The translations under genes and the position numbers were made by a program. Of a DNA stretch of 64,000 nt, positions 38,204 through 48,427 are shown in pieces. Source of the stretch: an uncultured Pelagibacteraceae bacterium. Its GTDB lineage: Bacteria > Pseudomonadota > Alphaproteobacteria > Pelagibacterales > Pelagibacteraceae. Each line of letters begins with the position of its first letter. The stretch's first letter is position 1. The DNA lies in the NCBI GenBank assembly GCA_902569785.1, contig CACFVO010000001.1, positions 115,971 through 179,970 on the forward strand, given 5' to 3'. The notes under the pieces are model-generated. The model was not told where the DNA came from and ran no database searches. It was given only the letters and a program-made list of their open reading frames with translations.

Positions 38204-39315
38204 TTTTTAATTTTATCCAAAATATTTTTTAGAAAAAGTTTAGAGTGATATTCATCTTTTAGATGGGATGCAATATCACCTTCAATATACATGTTTTTTA
38301 TCTCTTTATTTGAAAAAGTAACATTTGAAATATTTAGATGCAAAAGTCTATTATCATTCGATTTTTCTAAAACTTCATCTATATAATTTGAAACATTAAC
38401 ATTATATGATTTTAATAAATGATTTTTATGAGGAAAACTAACAATTAATATTTTTTTTAATTTTTTTTCGTCTAAAAGATAATCAAGGTATTCATTTAAA
38501 GAATTTTTGAATATTTTTTTAGAATTAGAATTATAATCTACTAGTTCTTTTTTTATTTCTCTAAAACTGCATTTTGATATATTTCTATTTGTCCATCCTT
38601 CACTTAAAATATCTTTCACTTCATTAAGATTTCGAGTAAAGAAATATCTTATCTTAATGTAAGGAAATTTGATAATAGTTTTTACATAACTATCAAGAAG
38701 ATATAATTCTGAATAATCATATATTTTCGTATAATCGTAGTATGCTCTGGTGTACTTTTCTCTTTCAATAAAATCTAATTTACCTAAACTAGAGTAAGCC
38801 TTTTTTTTAGAGTATCTACACACTTCATCGCCTAAATCAGTTTGATCTATATAAATTATTAATAAATTTGGTTTAATTTGAAAATCTTTTTTCAATATTT
38901 TGTACTGTATATGCATTGCACTTGGTGCAAAAGAAGTCACTCCTGCGTTAATTGAATTAATTTTTTCTTTTATTGAAAATTTTTTAAGTAGTTTTTCTGA
39001 AGATTTGCTTTGTGAAATCTGCTCAACCCATGAGTCCCCCTGTATTAGCAATGTATCCTTAAAGTCTTGATCTTTGTGTATAAATGAAAAAAGGTAATCA
39101 CGAGTTTTTCTATTTTCATTTCTTAATAAATAGTCACTATCTCTTATATGGTGTAGTTGACTAGAATATTTCTTATGAAAAGATAAATTTTCTTTAGTTT
39201 TAAATAAATTTTTCGAATTTTTGTTTATTTCAAAAATTCCCCATATTCCTATCATCAAATAAAGAGGTATTATGAAGATGATTATTGAAATTAGATAATA
39301 TATATATTTTTTCAT
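38200..39315 (-). CDS. Membrane-anchored SGNH-hydrolase-like protein
   Basis: N-terminal TM; LIQGDSW, INAGVTSFAP, DQTDLGDE, GDIASH. Confidence 0.7.
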   Translation of the reverse strand: MKKYIYYLISIIIFIIPLYLMIGIWGIFEINKNSKNLFKTKENLSFHKKYSSQLHHIRDSDYLLRNENRKTRDYLFSFIHKDQDFKDTLLIQGDSWVEQISQSKSSEKLLKKFSIKEKINSINAGVTSFAPSAMHIQYKILKKDFQIKPNLLIIYIDQTDLGDEVCRYSKKKAYSSLGKLDFIEREKYTRAYYDYTKIYDYSELYLLDSYVKTIIKFPYIKIRYFFTRNLNEVKDILSEGWTNRNISKCSFREIKKELVDYNSNSKKIFKNSLNEYLDYLLDEKKLKKILIVSFPHKNHLLKSYNVNVSNYIDEVLEKSNDNRLLHLNISNVTFSNKEIKNMYIEGDIASHLKDEYHSKLFLKNILDKIKN

Positions 39316-39349
39316 TACGTTTATTTATAAATCAATATATAAAACATCT

Positions 39350-39730
39350 ATGAGTTATAAAAATAAAAAAAACAAACAATTTGGTTATTTATTCTTTTTA
39401 TTGTTTTTGATTTTAAGTTTATGGCCAATGCTTAATTCTGAAAAGATAAATCTGGTCTTATTGTTTATCTCGCTAACTTTTTTGATTTTAACTATTTTGA
39501 ATTCAAAAATTTTAAATCCCTTAAGCGATCTTTGGATTAAATTTGGAGAATTATTAGGAAAGTTTATAGCCCCTATTGTTATGAGTTTTGTTTTTTTTAT
39601 TATTCTTACTCCAACCAGTTTTATTATAAGACTGTTTGGAAAGGATTTATTAAAGCTTAAATTTAATAAAGAATCTTCTTATTGGCTAAAGAGAGAAAAA
39701 GATATTGGTGCAATGAAAAAACAATTTTGA
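39350..39730 (+). CDS. SxtJ-family membrane protein
   Basis: N.QFG, L.PL...W.KFG.LLG....PI, R.FGKD.L.L, SYW..R, MKKQF. Confidence 0.9.
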   Translation: MSYKNKKNKQFGYLFFLLFLILSLWPMLNSEKINLVLLFISLTFLILTILNSKILNPLSDLWIKFGELLGKFIAPIVMSFVFFIILTPTSFIIRLFGKDLLKLKFNKESSYWLKREKDIGAMKKQF

Positions 39731-39882
39731 TGATTAATTTTATAAAAGAATTTTTTGATTTTTTAAAAGAAAGAAAAAAATATTGGTTATTTCCAATCAT
39801 AATAGTACTAGCTTTATTTGGTTTTTTAATTGTTCTTAGCCAAGGATCGGCTGTAGCACCTTTTATTTATACAATATTTTAA
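39730..39882 (+). CDS. DUF5989/SxtK family small membrane protein
   Basis: FLKERKKYWL.P...SQGSAVAPFIYTIF; ATG 39730 overlaps upstream stop. Confidence 0.92.
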   Translation: MINFIKEFFDFLKERKKYWLFPIIIVLALFGFLIVLSQGSAVAPFIYTIF

Positions 39883-41718
39883 GTGACATCTATTTTAGGA
39901 ATATCAGCTTTTTATCACGACAGTGCAGCCGCACTTATAAAAGATGGAGATATTACTGCTGCAGCACAAGAAGAAAGATTTTCAAGAAAAAAACATGATG
40001 AAAGGTTTCCTAAAAATGCAGTTAATTACGTATTAAAAGAAGCTAATTTAAAATTAAGCGAAGTTGATCACATAGTTTTTTTTGAAAAACCCTTTTTAAA
40101 GTTTGAGAGGTTATTAGAAACATATCTTGCCTTTGCACCAAAGGGTTTTAAATCTTTCAGCCTATCTATGCCAATATGGCTAAGAGAGAAATTATTTCAA
40201 AAAAAATTTTTATTCGATAAATTAAAACTAATTGACAAAAACTTTAAAGATATAGAAAAAATTAAATTTTCTGAACATCATTATAGTCATGCAGCAAGTG
40301 CTTTTTTCCCTTCTCCATTTAAGGAAGCTGTTGTTTTAACGTTGGATGGAGTGGGTGAATGGGCAACCTCAACTGTTGCAATTGGAAATGATAATAAGCT
40401 TAAGATGATAAAAGAAATTCATTTTCCCCACTCTTTAGGTTTGCTTTATTCAGCTTTTACTTATTATACAGGTTTTAAAGTTAATAGTGGCGAATATAAA
40501 GTAATGGGTTTAGCTCCATATGGAAAACCTAAATTTAAAGATTTGATAATAGAAAAGTTAATGGATTTAAAAAGTGATGGGTCTTTTAGACTAAATATGA
40601 AATATTTTAATTATACCACTGGGTTAACAATGACAAATAAAAAATTTTCTGATTTATTTGGTGAACCTGTGAGAGACCCGAAGAAAGATTTATTAACACA
40701 ATTTCATATGGATATCGCTTCATCAATTCAGGCTGTAACAGAAGAAATAATTTTAAGAATAACTAAAAATCTTGCTGAAGAATATAAGATCAAAAATTTA
40801 TGTTTAGCAGGTGGTGTAGCTCTTAATTGTGTTGCTAATGGAAAAGTTTTAAAAGAAAAAATATTTGATAATATTTGGATTCAACCTGCTTCAGGTGATG
40901 CAGGTGGCTCTCTTGGAGCAGCTTTTGCTTATTGGCATCAAGAGTTAGGGAAGTCTAGAAATATTTATAAAGATCGAATGAAAGGATCATATCTTGGACC
41001 AAAGTTTAGTGAAAGTGTGATTCAAGAAAAGCTTAATGATCTAAATGCAGTTTACAAAAAAAAAGACTCAAAAGAAATAGTTTCTATAACTGCCAAAGAA
41101 CTCTCAAATAGTAAAACTGTTGGATGGTTTCAAGGTCGAATGGAGTTTGGACCGCGAGCTTTAGGGGGCAGGTCAATACTAGCAGATCCGCGATCTGAAA
41201 AAATGCAAAAAGAATTAAATCTTAAAATAAAATTTAGAGAGAGCTTTAGGCCATTTGCTCCATCTGTCTTGAGAGAAGATGTTTCTGAATGGTTCGATTT
41301 AAATTATGACAGTCCTTATATGCTTTTAGTTGCAGAAGTTAATAAAACAAAACAAATCACAATGACTGATACCGACAAGCGATTATTTGGTATTGATCAA
41401 CTGAATATAAAAAGATCTTCAATACCTGCAATTACTCATATTGATTACTCAGCAAGAATTCAAACAGTTCATAAGGAAACAAATCCTAAATACTACAATT
41501 TAATTAATGAATTTAAAAATATTACAAACTGCCCTGTATTAGTTAACACATCATTTAATGTGAGAGGTGAACCTATAGTGTGCTCTATAGCAGATGCATT
41601 TAATTGTTTTATGGGTACTAATTTAGATATATTGGTAATTGAAAATTTTATATTATTTAAAGATCATCAAGATAAGTCTTTAATAAAAGATTACAAGAAT
41701 AGATTTGAATTAGACTAA
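39883..41718 (+). CDS. O-carbamoyltransferase (NodU/CmcH/SxtI family)
   Basis: ILGISAFYHDSAA, QEERFSR.KHD, EHH.SHAAS, GEYKVMGLAPYG, GGVALNCVANG, EFGPRALG.RS, NTSFN.RGEP. Confidence 0.95.
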   Translation: MTSILGISAFYHDSAAALIKDGDITAAAQEERFSRKKHDERFPKNAVNYVLKEANLKLSEVDHIVFFEKPFLKFERLLETYLAFAPKGFKSFSLSMPIWLREKLFQKKFLFDKLKLIDKNFKDIEKIKFSEHHYSHAASAFFPSPFKEAVVLTLDGVGEWATSTVAIGNDNKLKMIKEIHFPHSLGLLYSAFTYYTGFKVNSGEYKVMGLAPYGKPKFKDLIIEKLMDLKSDGSFRLNMKYFNYTTGLTMTNKKFSDLFGEPVRDPKKDLLTQFHMDIASSIQAVTEEIILRITKNLAEEYKIKNLCLAGGVALNCVANGKVLKEKIFDNIWIQPASGDAGGSLGAAFAYWHQELGKSRNIYKDRMKGSYLGPKFSESVIQEKLNDLNAVYKKKDSKEIVSITAKELSNSKTVGWFQGRMEFGPRALGGRSILADPRSEKMQKELNLKIKFRESFRPFAPSVLREDVSEWFDLNYDSPYMLLVAEVNKTKQITMTDTDKRLFGIDQLNIKRSSIPAITHIDYSARIQTVHKETNPKYYNLINEFKNITNCPVLVNTSFNVRGEPIVCSIADAFNCFMGTNLDILVIENFILFKDHQDKSLIKDYKNRFELD

Positions 41719-41728
41719 AATTTTATTT

Positions 41729-42784
41729 TTATTTAATAAAACTATACAATTCAGGAAAGATTAATTTGGCAATTATTTCAGATCCTTTTGCGGTAGTGTG
41801 AGTTCCGTCCCACCAATATTTTTTTTTACCCTGAAGTTTACTGGCCAAATCAACACATTTGTAATTCCTTTTTTTACAATGTTCTATCAAAGCATAATTT
41901 AATGAGAATAAGGATTTATTGTAATGACCGTCATGCTTTAGTTGATTTATAAAAATTGGAGTAGACCCAAGTTTAATTGTTTCATCATAAAGGATGTCTA
42001 CATTGTTTAAATAATAATTAATTTTTTCTTTATTTTGTTTAATTAATTTATCAATATCATAAAGTTTTAAAGCATCTTTATAATTTAAAAATCTATATTT
42101 TTTGTCTTTAAGAAAATGTTCTGCACTGTGGTCAAAATCATAAATAACCTTTGGCTTATCCGATGTGTAATATTTGTGTTTAGTTTTTCTTAATAAGTCA
42201 TAAAAAATACTTCTGGACTTTATATTATCGCCCATTTCTTCTTTAAAACTAGGGTTTACAATATGTCCATCATTTAATTTTGAGTCTTTTAATTTTTCAA
42301 CTGGAGTAAGAGAGTCGTTTATTCCAATGTAGAAAATTATGTATTTGGGTTCAAATTCTTTAAGTTTAGGAAACCAAACTTTAAAATTAAAAATATGACC
42401 AAGTGTTGTTTGACCTTCTATGCCAGCATTAATAATCTTAAGATTTATATTTTTTTGTGATATTTTTTTGTTTAAAAATTCAGTAATAGTTTGTTTTTCA
42501 GGCTTATATCTTTCGTTAGTAGTACTACCACCAACAATTATAGCATTTATATTTTTTGGATTTATATCCTCTCCTCTAAAACCATAGTAATTTCTTTTAT
42601 AGGTGTGATTAAAAGTTTGACCCTCGTATTGCAGTGAGTATTCTACTTTTTTCATTCTATGCTCACGCATATACGGACCAAAATTATTTTTATCAAACCA
42701 ATATCCAAAGATTAATTCTATAATTATTATTGCGATTAAAAAAAAAATTAAATTATATAAAAATAGTTTAATAGTTTTAATCAT
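41729..42784 (-). CDS. Membrane-anchored SGNH/GDSL hydrolase-like protein
   Basis: GFRGE, VGGSTT, NAGIEG, YIGIND, DGTHTT.KGS. Confidence 0.8.
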   Translation of the reverse strand: MIKTIKLFLYNLIFFLIAIIIIELIFGYWFDKNNFGPYMREHRMKKVEYSLQYEGQTFNHTYKRNYYGFRGEDINPKNINAIIVGGSTTNERYKPEKQTITEFLNKKISQKNINLKIINAGIEGQTTLGHIFNFKVWFPKLKEFEPKYIIFYIGINDSLTPVEKLKDSKLNDGHIVNPSFKEEMGDNIKSRSIFYDLLRKTKHKYYTSDKPKVIYDFDHSAEHFLKDKKYRFLNYKDALKLYDIDKLIKQNKEKINYYLNNVDILYDETIKLGSTPIFINQLKHDGHYNKSLFSLNYALIEHCKKRNYKCVDLASKLQGKKKYWWDGTHTTAKGSEIIAKLIFPELYSFIK

Positions 42785-43586
42785 TTAATATACTCATCGG
42801 GTCTAATTTAACATCAAACCAATTTAATCTTATATCTAGATGAGGACCTGTTGCCCTTCCTGTTTGTCCTAATGTTCCAACTATTTCACCTCGTTTAATT
42901 TTCTGACCGACTTCTACATTTATATCTTTCAAGTGCATGTACAGAGTGCTAATCCCATGCCCATGATCAAAAATTAGAGTTCCACCAGTAAAATACATAT
43001 CTTTTTCAGCAAGTGTTACCTCCCCATCCATCATAGCTTTAACTACAACTCCTTCAGGAGCATGAAAATCTATTCCATAGTGTGGTCTTCTAGGTTTACC
43101 ATTTAATATTCTTTGGCTTCCATAAACTCCAGTAATTATGTACTTATCTATAGGGTATATAAATTTATCTTTGAAAAAATCATAATCAGTGTCAATTGAT
43201 CGAGCATTTCCAATTAAAATATTATCTTTCTTAATTCTTTCATATACTTCTGGTGGAGGAGTCACATGTTTTTTAGCTAGACCATCAATTTTTTGAATTT
43301 TATACTCTCTTTTGAAAACTTTCTTTTCAAATACTTCTAATTTACCATCTTTAAAAACTCTTATAACTACGTCATTTTTTCTGTCTCTACCTAAACCAAA
43401 AGCAAAATAACCATCTTTAGAAACTCTTACCTTTTTTTTATCAATAGAAACATTTGAGTCAGGTTCTGTTTTACCCAAGATAAAAGATCCCTGCTTAAAT
43501 TCACCTTTGAATTCTACTGCAGATAAATTTTGATTTGAAAAAAATATTAGTAAAAATATAAATATTTTTATTATCTTGCTGTCCAT
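42777..43586 (-). CDS. M23 family metallopeptidase
   Basis: PHYGID, DHGHG.STLYMHL, TGRATGPHLD. Confidence 0.92.
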   Translation of the reverse strand: MDSKIIKIFIFLLIFFSNQNLSAVEFKGEFKQGSFILGKTEPDSNVSIDKKKVRVSKDGYFAFGLGRDRKNDVVIRVFKDGKLEVFEKKVFKREYKIQKIDGLAKKHVTPPPEVYERIKKDNILIGNARSIDTDYDFFKDKFIYPIDKYIITGVYGSQRILNGKPRRPHYGIDFHAPEGVVVKAMMDGEVTLAEKDMYFTGGTLIFDHGHGISTLYMHLKDINVEVGQKIKRGEIVGTLGQTGRATGPHLDIRLNWFDVKLDPMSILND

Positions 43587-44338
43587 CCGCCATCTACCAA
43601 TAATGAAGTTCCAGTTATCATAGAGGCTGCATCTGAAGCTAGAAAAACCGCAGCAGATGATATTTCAGGTAGCTCTGCATACCTTCCTAAAGGAATATTA
43701 CCTAAGACTTCTTTTCTAAAATTTTTATTTTTGAAAAATTTTTTTGTCATTGGAGTAACAACAAAAGTAGGTGCAATACTGTTAACTCTTATATTGTATT
43801 TAGCTAAGTCTATCGCCATACCTTTTGTTAATCCTTCAATCCCAAATTTTGTCATATTATAAACACTTCTAATAGGACCTCCGACATGACCCATTTGAGA
43901 AGACATATTAACTATTGCGGCACCAATCTTTTTTCTATTTTTTGTTTGAACCATTTTTAATGCTACTAAATTAGCAACATTGAAAGCAGCAATAGTATTT
44001 ATCTTAACTACTTTTTCCATGTCTTGTTTACGGATTTTTAAAAAATGTTCTGGAATATTTGTTCCAGCATTGTTAATTAAAACATCAATTTTTTGCTGAC
44101 TATTTATTACTTGTTTTAGTTGAATATAATTAGTTAAATCACACACATAAGTTTTGCATTTAACTTTATGTTTTTTTGCTATTTTTGCCACGGAGTCTAA
44201 ATCTTTTTTCGTTCTGCTTATTAATATCAAATTTGATCCTGCTTCAGCTAAAGCAATTGCACATGCTCGGCCTAGACCCTTACCTGCTCCGGTTACTAAA
44301 GAATACTTTCCTTTTAAATTATATTTTTTTAAATACAT
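43571..44338 (-). CDS. SDR oxidoreductase, candidate DHPS 2-dehydrogenase (HpsO-like)
   Basis: TGAGKGLG, NNAG, SSQMGHVG, YNMTK; substrate inferred only from context. Confidence 0.65.
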   Translation of the reverse strand: MYLKKYNLKGKYSLVTGAGKGLGRACAIALAEAGSNLILISRTKKDLDSVAKIAKKHKVKCKTYVCDLTNYIQLKQVINSQQKIDVLINNAGTNIPEHFLKIRKQDMEKVVKINTIAAFNVANLVALKMVQTKNRKKIGAAIVNMSSQMGHVGGPIRSVYNMTKFGIEGLTKGMAIDLAKYNIRVNSIAPTFVVTPMTKKFFKNKNFRKEVLGNIPLGRYAELPEISSAAVFLASDAASMITGTSLLVDGGWTAR

Positions 44339-44340
44339 AT

Positions 44341-44916
44341 TTATAAAATCAACTTTAGATCAGTGTATATTAAATCTATAGCCACTAATAGTATAGCTAA
44401 TAAACCAACCCAAGCAATCCACTTATATTTCTTAATCCATTCCGAAATTAAATTAGCTGCTACTGCCATTAAAATAATTGATAAAACTAATCCAAAAATT
44501 AATAAATGATAATGGTGCCCAGCAGCTCCTGCTACTCCGAGCACATTATCTAGACTCATAGTAAAGTCTGCCAATAAAATAGTCCAGATAGCTTTTAATA
44601 AATTAGATTTATCAACTTTAATATCTTTATTGCTAGCTTCTTTATCTTTAATAACATCTACATAAAGTTTATAAATTACATAAAGTAGAAGAATTCCACC
44701 TAGAAGTCTTAGTCCTGTAATTTGTAAAAGGTACGCTGTTAACAAAGTTAAAATTATTCTTAGAACTACGGCACCTCCAATGCCCCAAAAGATAACTTTT
44801 TTTCTTTGATTAGGAGGAAATTTTGATGCAACCATTCCTATTATGATCGCGTTATCTCCAGCTAAAATTAGATCTATAAAAACTATTTGTGAAAATATAA
44901 TTAATTGTTCAGACAT
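44341..44916 (-). CDS. TerC/YjbE family membrane protein
   Basis: IDLILAGDNA, AD..MSLDNVLGVAGAA. Confidence 0.9.
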   Translation of the reverse strand: MSEQLIIFSQIVFIDLILAGDNAIIIGMVASKFPPNQRKKVIFWGIGGAVVLRIILTLLTAYLLQITGLRLLGGILLLYVIYKLYVDVIKDKEASNKDIKVDKSNLLKAIWTILLADFTMSLDNVLGVAGAAGHHYHLLIFGLVLSIILMAVAANLISEWIKKYKWIAWVGLLAILLVAIDLIYTDLKLIL

Positions 44917-44918
44917 GT

Positions 44919-46526
44919 TTATGAATTCAATATCATGTCTGATGCCTTTTCAGCAATCATTATAGTAGGTGCATTAGTATTGCCTGAAGTAATATTAGGC
45001 ATGATTGATGCATCAATAACCCTCAAATTTTCTACTCCTCTAACTTTTAACTTTTCATCTACAACTGAGTCGTCTCCATTTCCCATTTTACATGTCCCAA
45101 CAGGATGAAAGATTGTTTGAGTGTGTTCACTACCAGCCTGAACTAATTCCTCGTCATTTGTAATATGTATACCTGGTCTGTACTCCTCAGGTTCATATTT
45201 TTTGAATGCGTTTGTTTCTAAAATTATCTTTCGTACAATTTTTAAACTTTTTGCTGCTATATCTCTATCTTCTTGGGTTGATAAGTAATTCATTTTAATT
45301 TTTGGATTATCCCTACTATCATTACTTTTAATATTTATTTCTCCTCTACTAGTAGGTCTAATATTTGCAATCGTAGGAGTGATACCATCAAAATCATGCA
45401 TTTTAGTAGCACCTAAAATATCTGTGCTAATTGGTTGGACATGAAATTGTAAATTAGGAGTTGCTTTAGATGGATCACTTTTAAGAAAACCACAAACTTG
45501 ACTAGCGCCCATCGTCATTGGCCCACTTTGATTAAATATGTACTCTAATCCAATTAGTAAATTTCCGAACAAACTATTAATTTTTCCATTAAGAGATTTT
45601 AAGTTTTTTACTTTATAAACTGGCCTAAACATTAAATGATCTTGTAAATTTTTTCCAACTCCTGTTAATTCTTTTATAATAGGTATCCCATAAGTTTTTA
45701 ATTTTTTTGGGTCTCCTACACCGGATACTTGTAAAATGTGGGGAGAGCCAATAGATCCAGCTGAAAGTAATATTTCTCTATTAGCTTTTACTGTTGTTAA
45801 TTTTCCATTGTCATAAAAATTTACACTTATAGCTTTTTTTCCTGAGAAATTGATTTTTTGAACATGTGCATTAACTGTTATCTTCAAATTAGATCTTTTT
45901 TTTGCAGGATTTAAATATCCCTTAGCGGCACTACAACGTAATTTTAATAATTTTTTACGGGTAGTAGTAAACTGAAAATAACCCACTCCAAAGTTGTCAC
46001 CTCTATTAAAATCATTTGTTCTTGGTATACCAAATTCTTCAGCTGCATTTTGAAACTCCTCTAGCATTTTTAAATTAATCTTTTTATTAGTTACAGCTAT
46101 TGGACCTTTGTCGTTATGAAATTCATTTTTTCCTAATTCGTTATTTTCAGATCTTAAAAAATAAGGGAGGACATCTTCCCAACCCCAACCTGTATTTCCT
46201 TGCTGTCTCCAATTATCATAATCATTACTTTGTCCCCTTATCCAAAGCAGTCCATTTATTGATGAACTTCCACCCAGAGTTTTACCTCTAGGATAACGAA
46301 TTGATCTATTATTCATGCTTTCATCTTTTTCAGTATGAAAACACCAATCTACTTTTGGATTATGCATGGTTTTATAATAACCAACTGGAATATGTATCCA
46401 GGGATACGTGTCTTTTCCTCCAGCTTCTAATAAAAGAACCTTATTATTTTTATCAGCTGTCAGTCGGTTAGCGAGGACACAACCAGCTGATCCTGCCCCA
46501 ATAACTATGTAATCAAATTCATCCAT
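44919..46526 (-). CDS. GMC oxidoreductase (choline dehydrogenase-like; candidate isethionate dehydrogenase IseJ)
   Basis: [56 protein letters not shown]; real start MDEFD at 46526. Confidence 0.85.
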   Translation of the reverse strand: MDEFDYIVIGAGSAGCVLANRLTADKNNKVLLLEAGGKDTYPWIHIPVGYYKTMHNPKVDWCFHTEKDESMNNRSIRYPRGKTLGGSSSINGLLWIRGQSNDYDNWRQQGNTGWGWEDVLPYFLRSENNELGKNEFHNDKGPIAVTNKKINLKMLEEFQNAAEEFGIPRTNDFNRGDNFGVGYFQFTTTRKKLLKLRCSAAKGYLNPAKKRSNLKITVNAHVQKINFSGKKAISVNFYDNGKLTTVKANREILLSAGSIGSPHILQVSGVGDPKKLKTYGIPIIKELTGVGKNLQDHLMFRPVYKVKNLKSLNGKINSLFGNLLIGLEYIFNQSGPMTMGASQVCGFLKSDPSKATPNLQFHVQPISTDILGATKMHDFDGITPTIANIRPTSRGEINIKSNDSRDNPKIKMNYLSTQEDRDIAAKSLKIVRKIILETNAFKKYEPEEYRPGIHITNDEELVQAGSEHTQTIFHPVGTCKMGNGDDSVVDEKLKVRGVENLRVIDASIMPNITSGNTNAPTIMIAEKASDMILNS

Positions 46527-46653
46527 GCTTAAATTATATCTTATAGGCGAGAAATTTAATAAATACCACCTACATAATACAACCTGTGGTTTATGGACAT
46601 TCTTTTTCATAACAGGTTTAATCTTTTTTTTATTAATACATAACGGGGGAATA

Positions 46654-47748
46654 ATGAAAAAATTATTAACTGTTGTTTTTAGTTTAGTTGCATTTATTGG
46701 ATTTTCAATATCTTCAGCAAACGCAAAAACATTAAAATGCCAAACTGTTATCAGTGCAAAAGCTGACGAAGTTAAAATGCTAAAGGACTTCGGTAACGAT
46801 GTAACTGCATTAACAGATGGTTCAATTAAGTTTGAAATCATGCCAGCGGGTACTGTTGTTGGAGTTAAAGAAACATTAGATGCAGTTGACAAAGGACTAA
46901 TCGATTGTGGATTTGCTTGGACTCATTACTGGTCTGGTGAACACCCAGCAGCTATGTTATTTGGTTCGCCAGTAGCAGGTGCAGGTGTTGGTATAGACAA
47001 TATAGCGTTCCTATCTTGGTTCCAATATGGTGGTGGAAAAGAATTGTATGACCAACTATGGAAAGAAATGGGAAGAAATATTAAAGGTTTTATGCTTCAA
47101 CCAGTAGGCCCAGAGGCTTTAGGTTGGTTCAAAGAGCCTATTAACAGCATGGCTGACTTTAGAAAGTATAGATTTAGAACTCCTCCAGGAATTCCAGGTC
47201 AAACTTATAAAGATATCGGTGTAGCTTCTGTTGCAATGGGTGGTGGAGATATTCTACCAGCTCTTGAAAAAGGAACTATCGATGCAGCTGAATGGTGTTG
47301 TCCAAAACCAGACAGTGTATTTGGTTTCCAAAAAGTTCTTAAGCACTACTATCTACAAGGTTTACACCAAGTAGTGGTAAATGCTGACCTTTACGTAAAT
47401 GGAGACGTTTACAAAAAAATGACTAAAAGAGAAAAGAAAGCTATGGAAGTAGCAGCGAACGCATCATTAAGTAAAGCTATGAGTTATAGAATTTACGAAA
47501 ATGGTAAGGCGCTAAGGGATTTAACAACTAAGCATGGTGTAATCTTACATGATACTCCTGCTGATTATTTCCCGGCTTACATGGCTGCAGCTAAGAAAAG
47601 TTTAGAAACTAATGCAGCGAAAAATAAATTCTTTGCAAAAGTTTGGAACTCACAAAAGAAATTTGCTGATATCGCAGTGCCTTTCTGGAGTGGAGCTCAA
47701 ATGTCTAATGCTAAGCTAGGAATGGCTCACGCAGCGACATTAAAATAG
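46654..47748 (+). CDS. TRAP transporter substrate-binding protein (DctP/TakP-like)
   Basis: Signal peptide; [31 protein letters not shown]; GGGGGA SD before ATG 46654. Confidence 0.92.
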   Translation: MKKLLTVVFSLVAFIGFSISSANAKTLKCQTVISAKADEVKMLKDFGNDVTALTDGSIKFEIMPAGTVVGVKETLDAVDKGLIDCGFAWTHYWSGEHPAAMLFGSPVAGAGVGIDNIAFLSWFQYGGGKELYDQLWKEMGRNIKGFMLQPVGPEALGWFKEPINSMADFRKYRFRTPPGIPGQTYKDIGVASVAMGGGDILPALEKGTIDAAEWCCPKPDSVFGFQKVLKHYYLQGLHQVVVNADLYVNGDVYKKMTKREKKAMEVAANASLSKAMSYRIYENGKALRDLTTKHGVILHDTPADYFPAYMAAAKKSLETNAAKNKFFAKVWNSQKKFADIAVPFWSGAQMSNAKLGMAHAATLK

Positions 47749-47765
47749 TCATAAGCATAGATTAT

Positions 47766-47804
47766 AATAAAGCGGATCATTTACTTGATCCGCTTTATTT
47801 TTTT
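47766..47804 (+). terminator. Hairpin plus U-tract after TRAP SBP (terminator or stabiliser)
   Basis: AATAAAGCGGATCA-tttact-TGATCCGCTTTATT followed by T run. Confidence 0.75.
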
Positions 47805-47821
47805 AAGTAAAAAAGGAGACA

Positions 47822-48427
47822 ATGCCTTCTAGAACAAAATTAGATAAATCAGATGAAATGATTGCTGAAAGACGGCAAGGCACTGCCAAAATGCCAAGTG
47901 ATATGCCTAAGTGGATGTCTTCAACGATTACAAATATTGATAAATGGAGCAAAAGAATTGGTAATGTAGTTTGTTGGATAACTATGCCATTAATGATTGC
48001 AATGGTCTATGAAGTTTTAGCAAGAAAATTATTTTTAGCTCCTACAATGTGGGCTTACGATATGAGTAGATTTCTTTATGGAGCTTTATTTATGTTAGGT
48101 GCTGGATACGCTTTATCTAGAGGAGTTCATATTAGAGCAGATTTTTTATACAGAAATTTTAAAGTAAAAACTCAAGGCCTAATAGATTTTTGGTTATATT
48201 TATTATTTTATTTTCCAGGGTTAATTTTCTTTTTTTATATGACAACAGGATTTGTCTTGGAGTCTATAAAAAGAGGAGAAAGAGGAATGGATACAGCTTG
48301 GATGCCTTATATGTGGCCTATTAAAGCTTGCCTATGGTTTGGAATTTTATTTTTATTAATTCAAGGAATTTCAGAAGTTTTGAAAAGTTATTATGCTTCC
48401 AAAAAAGGAAAGTGGCCTGACGCATGA
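47822..48427 (+). CDS. TRAP small permease DctQ
   Basis: YEV.AR..F.APT.WA, LGAGYAL..G.HIR.D. Confidence 0.9.
   Translation: MPSRTKLDKSDEMIAERRQGTAKMPSDMPKWMSSTITNIDKWSKRIGNVVCWITMPLMIAMVYEVLARKLFLAPTMWAYDMSRFLYGALFMLGAGYALSRGVHIRADFLYRNFKVKTQGLIDFWLYLLFYFPGLIFFFYMTTGFVLESIKRGERGMDTAWMPYMWPIKACLWFGILFLLIQGISEVLKSYYASKKGKWPDA

Noticed and set aside
39350-41718. Saxitoxin biosynthesis cluster (sxtI/J/K homologues)
   Set aside because: No sxtA, sxtG or other core genes; these three families are widespread outside toxin producers.
46527-46892. N-terminal extension of the GMC ORF and mutual overlap with the TRAP SBP ORF
   Set aside because: ORF-caller over-extension; family-consistent starts are 46526 (minus) and 46654 (plus).
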